Part shown: positions 18,383 through 27,905 of the stretch, in pieces
Numbering within the stretch: position 1 is the first letter of the stretch
Layout: each line of letters starts with the position of its first letter
From: Minisyncoccota bacterium
GTDB taxonomy: Bacteria > Patescibacteriota > Minisyncoccia > Phycocordibacterales > DATDWN01
Direction of reading: 5' to 3'
Assembly (NCBI GenBank): GCA_041658985.1
Contig: JBAZZC010000001.1
Coordinates: 65,813 to 129,812 of the forward strand
Length of the DNA: 64,000 nucleotides
Position numbers and translations under genes: made by a program
The notes under the pieces: generated by a model
What the model was told of the DNA's origin: nothing
What the model saw: the letters and a program-made list of their open reading frames with translations, nothing else
Databases searched by the model: none

Positions 18383-19153
18383 ATGATAAATTTTACTAAC
18401 AATCAAATAGAGCCTTTACTTGAACTTGGCCTAACAAAAATTCAAAGCTTAATATATCTGACCCTACTCAATAATGGGATCATGTCCATACTAGAAATAT
18501 CTAAGGTGGTCAGAATAAATCGTCAGCAGATATATCAAAATTCAGAAATCCTACTAAGTCTTGGTTTTATCGAAATGGCCAGGAAAAACAAAAGGAAGTA
18601 TATTGCCTGTAATCCAAACAAATTATTAAGAATAGGAAGAGAAAAAATAACCAACGCAGAAAGTATTTTCGAAAACATAAAAAGTTCACTGCCATTATAT
18701 GAATCAATGGTACCAGAAGAAAAGTGGGGAGTTACAATTAAATATTATGATGGACTAAATAAGGTAAAAGAAGCTTATGAAGAAGAGCTAGATAACTGTA
18801 AAGAAGTTGAAGTATTGTCTCTGGTAGGTTCGGTTGAAGACATTTATAAATTTTTTCCTGAATCATACTGGAAAAAATGGAATAAAAAATTTAAAGATCA
18901 AAAATCATCAAGCCGGATGCTCGTACATAAATCAGAGAGTGCAAAAGAAAGTTCTTTTTTTGATAAAGAATACAACAGAGAAACACGATATCTAGAAGTT
19001 TTTCCTCTTAAAATAAACATTGATATATTTAACGATAAACTCTTGTTAGTCTCTTTCTATGACAAAACAGCGATTTGGATTGAAAGTAGGGTTATATCAG
19101 ATTCATACAGAATAATGTTTGAGACACTTTGGTCAAACAGCAAAAATTTCTAG
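18383..19153 (+). CDS. TrmB-family transcriptional regulator (paralogue 2)
   Basis: N-terminal wHTH LGLTKIQSLIYLTLLNNGIMSILEISKVVRINRQQIYQNSEILLSLGFIE. Confidence 0.55.
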   Translation: MINFTNNQIEPLLELGLTKIQSLIYLTLLNNGIMSILEISKVVRINRQQIYQNSEILLSLGFIEMARKNKRKYIACNPNKLLRIGREKITNAESIFENIKSSLPLYESMVPEEKWGVTIKYYDGLNKVKEAYEEELDNCKEVEVLSLVGSVEDIYKFFPESYWKKWNKKFKDQKSSSRMLVHKSESAKESSFFDKEYNRETRYLEVFPLKINIDIFNDKLLLVSFYDKTAIWIESRVISDSYRIMFETLWSNSKNF

Positions 19154-19310
19154 TTTTGTTGTATTTAGTCACACAACACAAATAAATGAAATCGCAGCCA
19201 GAAATAAGTGCCGTTTTGTATTTATAATTATTTAGTGTCTATTGTGTATTAAATAATCATACACTACCATATACTTATGAACGGAAATTATTCCAAGAAA
19301 GGGGGAGGCA

Positions 19311-19523
19311 ATGCCTCCGAGTGGGTACAGCAAGAAAGCAGTCGAAGGCGCTCTGCAATTCACCGAAGCTTGTTTCGAAGACCTTCTTGAGGAGGTCAGG
19401 TCGGGCAAGCACAAGGACATCGAGACGGCTCTCCGATTCGAGTTGAAGATCATCAGGAAAGCCCTGATGAAACTTCACATCACCCACGACGGTAACATTG
19501 TCGACAGGGAACCGATGGAGTAA
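19311..19523 (+). CDS. small hypothetical protein (70 aa), GC-rich island D
   Basis: strong SD aagggggagg; G+C-rich; followed by perfect hairpin terminator. Confidence 0.4.
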   Translation: MPPSGYSKKAVEGALQFTEACFEDLLEEVRSGKHKDIETALRFELKIIRKALMKLHITHDGNIVDREPME

Positions 19524-19528
19524 GACTG

Positions 19529-19557
19529 GTGGGCCATCTTACGATGGCCCACTTTTT
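19529..19557 (+). terminator. rho-independent terminator (gtgggccatc-ttac-gatggcccac + TTTTT)
   Basis: 10-bp perfect stem and T-run. Confidence 0.75.
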
Positions 19558-19653
19558 AAAATTTATTCTTTATCACGAAATTTTTTATAAAAAGAAATCC
19601 GCCCCAACGCAGAGCGAACTCTTTGTTAGAAGCGGGTTGTTTGGGCGACACAG

Positions 19654-20262
19654 TCAGATCGCCACGGCGTGACCGAGAAACATGGGGTCACACACATTCG
19701 TGTCCGGCAGTTCAAAGCCGTTGGAGGTGAAAATCCGAATCACCTCGTCAATTGCGAAAAGGGTAACTGTCAGACCCCCCACGCTTTCGATTTGCCTCGT
19801 TACCCCCACATTACTGTAGGGAAGGGAGAAGAGGCCCACCGCCCCCTTTTTCAGGCTCAACCGAAGTGAGCTGACAGCTACACCCAAGTCCTGTGGGGGA
19901 AGATGCATGAGTACCGCGGTCAGAAAGAAGGCATCGAAACGACTCGGGTAGTGAAAGCCAATCGTTCTGACTTCATCCACCTCAAACGCATGCCCTGGAA
20001 ACTTCCCTCGGCAGTGTTCGATCGACTTCTCCGAGGGGTCAATTCCGAGGTAACGGGTAAAACCGACTCGTTCCAGAAGCGGAACTGCCCGCCCGAACCC
20101 ACATCCGACGTCAACAACTTCTGGGTCTTCAGGCAAAGCCAGGAAAGCCGACATGATGAAGTCGTCTAGGAAGGCTCGCCGTTCCTCCAGATCACCTCGA
20201 CGAACCCTATCGTCAAAATGCTGGACGGCTTGTCTTTCTTGCTCTGATAAGGTACACAGCAT
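19654..20262 (-). CDS. class I SAM-dependent methyltransferase, GC-rich island D
   Basis: motif I VVDVGCGFGRAV, acidic motif II region; G+C-rich codon usage. Confidence 0.7.
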   Translation of the reverse strand: MLCTLSEQERQAVQHFDDRVRRGDLEERRAFLDDFIMSAFLALPEDPEVVDVGCGFGRAVPLLERVGFTRYLGIDPSEKSIEHCRGKFPGHAFEVDEVRTIGFHYPSRFDAFFLTAVLMHLPPQDLGVAVSSLRLSLKKGAVGLFSLPYSNVGVTRQIESVGGLTVTLFAIDEVIRIFTSNGFELPDTNVCDPMFLGHAVAI

Positions 20263-20351
20263 GAAATTACCTCTCTATATTTTTGAGGGAATACCTCTCT
20301 GGTCTCAAAATATCACAAAAAATAGTTTTGTCAACTTTTGTTATGAAATAA

Positions 20352-21268
20352 TTAAGGCTTATTGTGAAACCTCTTATGTATGTCTCTTAAATGCTTATCC
20401 GTCACATGAGTATATATTTGCGTAGTGATAATACTTGAATGCCCAAGTAGAGCCTGGACTGAACGAATATCTGCACCATTGCCGAGTAAATCTGTGGCAA
20501 AGCAGTGTCTTAGCATGTGTGGAGTAACTCTTTTTGAAATACCGGCCTTAATTGCGTACTGTTTTACAATTCTTTCAACAGTCCTTTTGTGAAGGGGATT
20601 GGCTTGTTTGTTAACCACCTCTTTACCCACATGAACAAAAAGGCCGTCACTCATATCTTTGCGTGCTTTTAGATATTCTTTCACACTTTTTTTTGCTTCA
20701 TCGGAAATGAAAACCACACGCACTTTTCCGCCTTTTCCCCGAACAGATAATTCGTCGGAGTTTAAGTTGATATCCGAGGTTAAGGAACAAAGCTCCGAAA
20801 CACGAAGTCCGGTCGAAAACAATAGCTCCAAAATAGCCTTGTCACGCAAACTTTTTATGTCTGTGCCGTTTGGGGCATTGAGAAGTCGCTGTAACTCTAT
20901 ATGAGTAATGAGGTCAAGTGTTCGCTCTCCTGTTTTAGCAAGTTCAATCCGCTCAGAGGGAAGAGTTTTGATTTCTTGTCGTGCAAGATACTTGAGAAAA
21001 GCACGAATGGCGATAAGATAATAATTCTGAGTTTTTTTGGATAAGGTATCCTGCTTGGTTTTGTCGTGTCCTGTCAGTTGTCTGTTTAACCAAAGACGAA
21101 ATTGGCGGACTGTTTCGTCTTAATCTCTGTTGGGTTGTCTGTTTTTATAAAACTCAAAAAACGAGTCAGATAATGGTCATAATTTTCTACGGTTTTCATA
21201 GAACGACCACGCTCTATCTCTATATATTCCAAAAACTGCTGTTTGAGTTGCTTTAGACCTTGTGCCAT
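20352..21268 (-). pseudogene. XerC/XerD-type tyrosine recombinase, frameshifted (N-terminal core-binding part 21086-21268, catalytic domain 20352-20849)
   Basis: N-term LEYIEIERGRSMKTVENYDHYLTRFLSF (core-binding); C-term ...LGHSSIITTQIYTHV with conserved R, H-R-H and Tyr; middle ~80 aa not in either frame. Confidence 0.7.
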
Positions 21269-21577
21269 TTATCCGCACACCAATTTTGGCATTGTGTTTT
21301 TGTTGCTTGTTAAGTATTTATCACAAGGTGCTATTCTAATAGCTTAAAATTAAACCGCAGACATTGTGAAAACACGATGCAACTATGCCAAATTTGGTGT
21401 TCGGATTAATTATAACACGAACCAGTGTCGCACAATATAGATTGTTCAACTTAAAAAGTCGAATAATCTACGAATATTTTGCAACATTATCATGTCGCAA
21501 AATATTCGATCCAAACTATATGAAGAAGGGGTCCCACGAGAGGACCCCTTGAAACCCAAACAACACGTTCCCAGAAC

Positions 21578-21907
21578 CTACATCCTGAAATCCTTCAGAA
21601 CTGGCCCATGGAAATTCGTGTCTTTGGCACAAAATGGACAACTGGAGACTTGGAAGTACTTCCCATCCCAACTGGCTGGCACCTCCGCACCTGCCATATT
21701 GGTCAGTTCTGTCCTTCCGTCGAGAGAAATGGGGAAGACGCTGTGGTGACCTACACAGAAAACATTGATCACCTCCATCTTAGCTTCACCACGAAGAGGG
21801 GCAGTCAGTGCTTCCAAGTCTTCCGAGTTCAGATTTGCGTCATGAACTCGTCTCCGCGCATCGACACTACCAAACAGTTTCTCCGTGATTTTTTTTTCTT
21901 TGTCCAT
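21578..21907 (-). CDS. hypothetical protein (109 aa) with CPFC motif
   Basis: ORF abutting upstream gene 21910-22401; moderately GC-enriched. Confidence 0.4.
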   Translation of the reverse strand: MDKEKKITEKLFGSVDARRRVHDANLNSEDLEALTAPLRGEAKMEVINVFCVGHHSVFPISLDGRTELTNMAGAEVPASWDGKYFQVSSCPFCAKDTNFHGPVLKDFRM

Positions 21908-21909
21908 GG

Positions 21910-22401
21910 CTAATTCCCTAAGAACTTGACCACTTCGGTCGCTAGTTTCTTACTATAGTGTACAAATTGTTCTTTGTCAACTTTTCTATCAAGTCCTCCC
22001 TCCGGGACTAAAAATATTATATCAGCTTTATGTTCATCTTTTTTTGGGTTTAATGTGCAGTCAATAGTTACCATTTTCATGCTTCCATTGTCTCCAGTTT
22101 CAAACCATGCATCTATTCCTTGAAATACATCAAGAGGAGACTTTACAGACGTGTAGAATCTTAAATCTTTAGCGTCAATTCCTAATTCTTCAAAAACATA
22201 ATAATGAACGGTATTAGCAAAATCGCGTCCAGGATCAGTTGGATCTGAAGGTTGCATTTTTCTGAGCTGATTTATGATAACAGGGACTGATACAAACTTA
22301 AAACTTCCCTCATTTATGTGGGTCATTTCTTCGTAACGACTTTTGCCGAATAATTCCTCCTCAACGATTCCACCAGTTACACCAGATCTTTCAAATCTCA
22401 T
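21910..22401 (-). CDS. hypothetical protein (163 aa)
   Basis: clean ORF, no recognised motif. Confidence 0.5.
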   Translation of the reverse strand: MRFERSGVTGGIVEEELFGKSRYEEMTHINEGSFKFVSVPVIINQLRKMQPSDPTDPGRDFANTVHYYVFEELGIDAKDLRFYTSVKSPLDVFQGIDAWFETGDNGSMKMVTIDCTLNPKKDEHKADIIFLVPEGGLDRKVDKEQFVHYSKKLATEVVKFLGN

Positions 22402-22541
22402 ATATTTAATTTAGTTATTTAAACAGTTATATTATACCTTGGTTACAGATTTTTACACAAATATGTCTTGTTTTTTGGCCTTTTATGCAAACAAATCAAC
22501 ATCTTGCAAAGCGTTGGGTTTTGTGATATGCTACTCAGGCA

Positions 22542-22808
22542 ATGTTAACAAAGACAAAAAAATCAAAAATCGTTAAAGATGTTCAGGTACACGACACAGA
22601 CACTGGTTCTCCAGAGGTTCAGATTGCTATTTTGAGTAAAAGAATAGATGAATTAGCCGTACACCTAAAGAAAAACAACAAAGATAACCACTCTAGACGC
22701 GGACTTTTGCAAATGGTTGCCGACAGAAAGGCTCACATGAAGTATCTTGAGAAAAAATCTCCAAAGCGTTACAACGCTCTAACCAAAAAGCTGGGTTTGA
22801 AAAAATAA
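22542..22808 (+). CDS. rpsO: 30S ribosomal protein S15
   Basis: 88 aa, ...HSRRGLLQMVADRKAHMKYLEK... S15 signature, located upstream of pnp. Confidence 0.9.
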   Translation: MLTKTKKSKIVKDVQVHDTDTGSPEVQIAILSKRIDELAVHLKKNNKDNHSRRGLLQMVADRKAHMKYLEKKSPKRYNALTKKLGLKK

Positions 22809-22809
22809 A

Positions 22810-23000
22810 GCCTCCTCGTTAATAATTTCTTTATCATCATATCTCTCGCTGGGCACGGATATTTTTCTGCTGAAAAATTCCTCGTGCTTTTACGAAGTGA
22901 TAACATCACTTCTCACCTCTCGTCTCGCAAGGCCCGTCTCGAGACATGATTCAACGAAATTATTAACTCGTTGTTAGTAGTGCAATGTCTTGAAAAAGTT
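22810..23000. repeat. degenerate copy of the ~170-bp intergenic repeat family
   Basis: 3' end cgttgttagtagtgcaatgtcttgaaaaag matches family terminus; rest diverged. Confidence 0.35.
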
Positions 23001-23096
23001 GTGATTCGGAGAGACGGCAATACTTGTGGTATAATTTTACTGTCGATTTTTTTATATTTTAGTTTTATTATTATTTTTTAATATTTATATACATTT

Positions 23097-23633
23097 ATGA
23101 GTGTAATTAAACACAAAAATCAGCGGGTTGGTATTTTTATTGATACACAAAACTTATACCACTGCGCTAAAAACATTTATGGTGCGAAAGTAAACTTTGA
23201 CCAGGTGGTCAAAGACGGTTTAGCAGGAAGGTCTCTTACTAGGGCTGTGGCCTATGTCATCACCACAGAGGCAGGAGATGAGAAAAATTTTTTTGAGGCC
23301 CTGGGGAAAATGGGTATTGAAACAAAAACAAAAAACCTCCAAATATTTTCAGGTGGGGCAAAGAAAGGGGATTGGGATGTTGGACTGGCAGTTGATGTAA
23401 TCAAACTTGCCCCAAAACTTGATGCTATTATTCTTGTAACCGGTGATGGAGACTTTATACCGTTGGTTGAATATCTTCAAAACGTAGGTTGTCAGGTTGA
23501 GGTTATGTCATTTGGCAAAGCCACATCTGCAAAACTCATAGAAGCCAGCGACGACTTCATTGATTTAGATGAAAATCCTCGCAAATATTTAATTGGTTTT
23601 GGTATAAATAGACGTAGTCGCAGAACCACATAA
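23097..23633 (+). CDS. NYN/LabA-like domain protein
   Basis: RVGIFIDTQNLYH...ILVTGDGDF pattern typical of NYN (LabA/YacP-like) nuclease fold. Confidence 0.6.
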   Translation: MSVIKHKNQRVGIFIDTQNLYHCAKNIYGAKVNFDQVVKDGLAGRSLTRAVAYVITTEAGDEKNFFEALGKMGIETKTKNLQIFSGGAKKGDWDVGLAVDVIKLAPKLDAIILVTGDGDFIPLVEYLQNVGCQVEVMSFGKATSAKLIEASDDFIDLDENPRKYLIGFGINRRSRRTT

Positions 23634-23638
23634 ACAAA

Positions 23639-24520
23639 ATGGATCCTGAAAAAGAAACAAAAGAAGAGGAAACTCAAGAAGTAAAACCTTCTATTAAATC
23701 ACTCCGCACATATCAAGGAGACGTTGAGGAAGCTGTTCAAAAAAACCACTATTCGGCTTCTTCAATTTTAGCCGCCGAACAAAACCGAAGAGACCAAACT
23801 TCGTCTGAACTTGAAATGCCAGATGACTCCAGTGCAAGAAATAAATTCTTTATTATTTTGGGTAGTATAATGTTGCTTCTTGGAATTATCACCTTTGTTT
23901 CAATTTTCTATTTGAAGTCCAAGGATGAGGTTGTGACCCAACAAAAAACAAAAGCCCTGATAAGTTTCTCGGAAGAAAAACTAGAGCCTGTACTTGCTTC
24001 CACTAGAGAAAGAATCAGTTCGGATATTCTTTCAGAAAAAAAGTCCTTTAATCTTCCTGTAAATTCGGTTCTATATATAAACACAGTAAACGCTTCCAGT
24101 ACACCGGCCAAGATAGAAGACGTTTTGTTGCTTATCGCTCCCCAAATACCTACGGCCCTAGCAAGGTCTTTTGATGGAGAATATATGTTGGGAATATATT
24201 CGTTTGATACAAACGAGCCTTTTATTATTTTGACCACAAATGATTTCGCAAATAGTTTTGGTGGAATGCTTAAGTGGGAAAAATATATGGTTTCTGACTT
24301 GGGAAAAATATTTTCAATTCCTCAAGGCACCACTCTGTCGAACAAAGGATTCATTGACAAAACTCTAAAAAACAAGGACCTTCGTATTTTACAAAATGAG
24401 AATGGTAAAACCATGCTACTCTATTCTTTTATAGACAAAGAAACTCTTGTCATCACTACCAACGAAAATATTTTAAATGCTCTTATTGGTAAATATAATA
24501 TAAGTAAGCAGGTTAGATAA
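23639..24520 (+). CDS. membrane-anchored hypothetical protein (single TM, 293 aa)
   Basis: hydrophobic helix FFIILGSIMLLLGIITFVSIFYL. Confidence 0.5.
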   Translation: MDPEKETKEEETQEVKPSIKSLRTYQGDVEEAVQKNHYSASSILAAEQNRRDQTSSELEMPDDSSARNKFFIILGSIMLLLGIITFVSIFYLKSKDEVVTQQKTKALISFSEEKLEPVLASTRERISSDILSEKKSFNLPVNSVLYINTVNASSTPAKIEDVLLLIAPQIPTALARSFDGEYMLGIYSFDTNEPFIILTTNDFANSFGGMLKWEKYMVSDLGKIFSIPQGTTLSNKGFIDKTLKNKDLRILQNENGKTMLLYSFIDKETLVITTNENILNALIGKYNISKQVR

Positions 24521-24553
24521 CCCGTTTACATAGGGGTTTTATTTTGTTACGAT

Positions 24554-24925
24554 GTGGTCTATATGGAACTAAACACACAACATTTTAAAGACTTATTATT
24601 AAAAGAAGCTGAGGTTTTAGAGGGTCAACTTGCCTCTATTGGCAGAAAAAACCCAGACCAAAAAGGAGACTGGGAAGCAGTAAGTACTAACCTTGACGAC
24701 GACAATGCTGATGAGTTTGATGTGGCTGACGACATAGCTCAGTTTGAAGAAAACAGCTCAGAGTTAAACCAGTTAGAAACACAGCTAAATGACGTAAAGA
24801 GCGCTCTCAAGAAAATAGAGGGGGGGAAATATGGTATTTGTGAAGTTGGTGGAGAGCAAATTGAAGAAGATAGGTTGGAAGCGAATCCTTCAGCCAAAAC
24901 CTGCAAGGCCCACATGAACGCCTAA
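24554..24925 (+). CDS. DksA/TraR-family zinc-finger protein (YteA-like)
   Basis: acidic coiled-coil N-terminus, C-terminal GKYGICEVGGEQIEEDRLEANPSAKTCKAH. Confidence 0.5.
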   Translation: MVYMELNTQHFKDLLLKEAEVLEGQLASIGRKNPDQKGDWEAVSTNLDDDNADEFDVADDIAQFEENSSELNQLETQLNDVKSALKKIEGGKYGICEVGGEQIEEDRLEANPSAKTCKAHMNA

Positions 24926-24935
24926 CAATACCGAC

Positions 24936-27047
24936 ATGACCAACAAAATATACACGACTGATTTCGGTGGCAGAGAATTAAAAGTTGAATTTAGTGACCT
25001 GGTAGACCAAGCGCATGGTTCGTGTCTTGTTCAATATGGAGATACTGTTGTTTTAGCAACTGCAGTCATGTCTAAAAAAGCCAAAGATGGAACTGATTTT
25101 TTTCCTTTGACTGTTGATTTTGAAGAAAAATTTTACGCTACCGGAAAAATTTTAGGCTCACGTTTTCAAAAAAGAGAGGGACGACCAACGGACGACGCTA
25201 TTTTATCTGGAAGAATAGTAGATAGAACAATAAGACCACTCTTTGATAATTGGATTCGTAATGAAATTCAAGTTGTCGTAACGGTACTTTCTATCGGTGA
25301 GGATGACCCTGATATTTTGGCTGTACTAGCCGCTTCTGTGGCCTTAGGCACTTCTCACATTCCGTGGAATGGGCCTGTTGGGGCTATAAGAATAGGCAAA
25401 AATGGTGAATTTATTGTAAACCCAACATACACGCAGAGAAATACAGAGAGCTATCAGATGGACCTTTTGGTTTGTATAAAAGATGACAAGGTCAATATGA
25501 TTGAAATTGGAAGTTCCGAAGTTCCAGAGGAAGAAATTTTGAAAGCCATGGACTTAGCAAAAACAGAATTAGCTAAATTGCAAAAATTCCAGGAAAAAAT
25601 ATTTGCTGAACTCGGAAAAGAAAAAGTAAAAATACCAAAACCAGAAGTTTCAAAAGAGACGTTTGCCCTGTTTAAAGAAAAAGTACAACCAGTTTTTATG
25701 GAAAGAGTTTTCTCTGGCAATCCAGGTAAGGAAGACCTCTCTTACCTAGCAACACTCTGGGCTGAGGAAGCTAAAGTAATAGAAAATGAGAACGAATACG
25801 GTTTAGCCATGGATTATTTGCAAGAAAAAATTGACTTAGCTATTCATGAAGAAATAATAAAAAACAAAAAGAGACCAGATAACAGAAAGATGGATGAGCT
25901 CCGACCACTTCTGGCAAAAGTTGGAGGTATTTCAAAAATATTACATGGCACAGGAATTTTTTATAGAGGAGGAACACACGTCTTGTCTGTTTTGACACTT
26001 GGCGCTCCGGGAGACGCACAGCTTATAGACAACATGGAGCCACAGGAAAGCCACAAAAGATTTATGCTTCACTACAACTTCCCTCCATATTCCGTAGGTG
26101 AGGTGGGAAGAATGGGTGGAACCAACCGCCGAATGATTGGCCATGGTGCTTTAGCAGAAAAAGCCCTTTTGCCTGTTCTACCAAACAAAGAAACTTTTCC
26201 TTACACAATTCGCCTGGTGGCAGAATCAATGGCCTCAAACGGCTCTACATCAATGGCTTCTGTCTGTGCTGGATGTTTGGCTTTGATGGATGGTGGCGTG
26301 CCTATCGCTCGTCCTGTTGCTGGAATCGCTTCTGGACTTATGATGTTAGACGAAAAAAACTATGTTGTCTTAACCGACATCCAAGGACCAGAAGACCACC
26401 ATGGAGACATGGATTTCAAGGTGGCTGGGACAGAAATTGGTGTTACAGCTGTCCAAATGGATGTTAAGGTTGCTGGAATTCCAATTCATATTCTCAAAGA
26501 CGCTTTTGAGAAAGCAAAATCAGCTAGATTACAAATCTTGAAAGTCATGACAGACACAATCGCAACTCCTCGAGAGAAAATTTCAGAATACGCGCCACAC
26601 ATTGTTTCAATAAAAGTAAAACAAGACCAGATAGGACTTGTTATCGGAACGGGGGGTAAAACAATTAAAGAAATAAAAGAAAAAACCGGAGTTGACGCAA
26701 TTGATATAGATGATGATGGAACTGTATTTATTACAGGCAAGGGAGATACCTGCGAACAAGCCAAAAAAATTATTGAAGAAATGACGCACGAGTTTCTAGT
26801 GGGAGACAGAGCTCGCGCCGAAGTTGTAAAAATCGCCGAGTTCGGCGCATTTGTTCGTTTGGCTGGAAGTAACACGGAGGGTTTAGTTCACATTTCAGAA
26901 ATCGTTCCACGAAGACTTCAGTCGGCTAGTGAAGTTATGAAAGTTGGTGATATTGTTCCAGTTGTCATAAAAGAAATTGACGAACGTGGACGGCTGAAAC
27001 TTTCAATTAAAGATATTGCCCCTCAGTGGTTTGATGAAAAGAAATAA
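24936..27047 (+). CDS. pnp: polyribonucleotide nucleotidyltransferase (PNPase)
   Basis: two RNase PH domains (FFPLTVDFEEKFYATGKI..., GGTNRRMIGHGALAEKAL), KH (IGLVIGTGGKTIKEIKE) and S1 domains. Confidence 0.95.
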   Translation: MTNKIYTTDFGGRELKVEFSDLVDQAHGSCLVQYGDTVVLATAVMSKKAKDGTDFFPLTVDFEEKFYATGKILGSRFQKREGRPTDDAILSGRIVDRTIRPLFDNWIRNEIQVVVTVLSIGEDDPDILAVLAASVALGTSHIPWNGPVGAIRIGKNGEFIVNPTYTQRNTESYQMDLLVCIKDDKVNMIEIGSSEVPEEEILKAMDLAKTELAKLQKFQEKIFAELGKEKVKIPKPEVSKETFALFKEKVQPVFMERVFSGNPGKEDLSYLATLWAEEAKVIENENEYGLAMDYLQEKIDLAIHEEIIKNKKRPDNRKMDELRPLLAKVGGISKILHGTGIFYRGGTHVLSVLTLGAPGDAQLIDNMEPQESHKRFMLHYNFPPYSVGEVGRMGGTNRRMIGHGALAEKALLPVLPNKETFPYTIRLVAESMASNGSTSMASVCAGCLALMDGGVPIARPVAGIASGLMMLDEKNYVVLTDIQGPEDHHGDMDFKVAGTEIGVTAVQMDVKVAGIPIHILKDAFEKAKSARLQILKVMTDTIATPREKISEYAPHIVSIKVKQDQIGLVIGTGGKTIKEIKEKTGVDAIDIDDDGTVFITGKGDTCEQAKKIIEEMTHEFLVGDRARAEVVKIAEFGAFVRLAGSNTEGLVHISEIVPRRLQSASEVMKVGDIVPVVIKEIDERGRLKLSIKDIAPQWFDEKK

Positions 27048-27048
27048 T

Positions 27049-27288
27049 ATGAATTATGTTACATCAATTTTTAGCATCCTAGCAATTATTATCTCTATTT
27101 TAGCTTGGCGAAAAAACCGTGCAGTTTATGAAATAGTCTCTAAAGATGATAAATTTGGTTATGAAAAAATCAATGAATTATTAAAGACAGGTAAATACAC
27201 AATCTTACATATCAAAGAGGACCCCTTAAACCATATGAGATTAATATATATTTTGGGTAAAATTCAAAAAGGGTCTTGGTTAGAATAA
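27049..27288 (+). CDS. small membrane protein (80 aa), hypothetical
   Basis: one TM helix SIFSILAIIISILAW; start chosen at ATG after pnp stop. Confidence 0.3.
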   Translation: MNYVTSIFSILAIIISILAWRKNRAVYEIVSKDDKFGYEKINELLKTGKYTILHIKEDPLNHMRLIYILGKIQKGSWLE

Positions 27289-27297
27289 GATTATTTC

Positions 27298-27330
27298 ATG
27301 GCTGTTTCAAAAATTTACAGTGCACAGATG
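27298..27330 (+). repeat. 33-bp duplicate of comM 5' end (30/33 identical to 27906-27938)
   Basis: atggctgtttcaaaaatttacagtgcacagatg vs atggctgtttcaaaaatctacagcgcacagaca. Confidence 0.8.
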
Positions 27331-27458
27331 ATACCTCTTAACGCATAAATTAGTTAACGTTTCGTTTGCTTGACTTTTTAAGACTACTTACTGTACAATA
27401 TTAGAGATTATGGGCTTCGGCCTCTGAGAAACCGTGTCGCAAGGCGCGGTTTCGTCGT

Positions 27459-27857
27459 TTACAAAACCCCTTTGACCATATTTGAAACTTTATCTGAAAG
27501 TAGGTTGTAATCCTTTTCATTAACAGTACCAATTTTTCTAAATAATCTTTTTGAACTTATGGAGCGAATTTGAGACAGGCAGGTATTATATGATTTTTCG
27601 TCCTCACCTGATACAAGAAAATAATACTTATTATTTTTATCTTGATTGGTTGTTGGCACAACCAGTGCCATATTTTTGTTAAATTTTCTTATAACAACAG
27701 CTGGTCTGAGAAAAAGTTCGTGTTTACCATCTATTTCAACTCCAACATTTACACCTGTAATACACCACCAGACCTCTCTCTCATAAAAAATAATTGGTTC
27801 TTCTTTTTTATCTGTCTGTTTTTTCTCCTCATTCCAGCTATTAAAATCTTTTTCCAT
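27459..27857 (-). CDS. MazF/PemK-like endoribonuclease toxin (orphan, N-terminally extended)
   Basis: REVWWCITGVNVGVEIDGKHELFLRPAVVIRKF...ALVVPTT resembles PemK/MazF fold signature; no antitoxin ORF upstream. Confidence 0.55.
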   Translation of the reverse strand: MEKDFNSWNEEKKQTDKKEEPIIFYEREVWWCITGVNVGVEIDGKHELFLRPAVVIRKFNKNMALVVPTTNQDKNNKYYFLVSGEDEKSYNTCLSQIRSISSKRLFRKIGTVNEKDYNLLSDKVSNMVKGVL

Positions 27858-27905
27858 ATTTATATTGTACTATAAAAGTTTTTGGTGTGGTAGAATTATT
27901 TTATT

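Noticed and set aside
24706-24760. CUGAUGAG string resembling a hammerhead core
   Set aside because: No helix II/GAAA arrangement follows, and it lies inside a well-formed ORF; chance match
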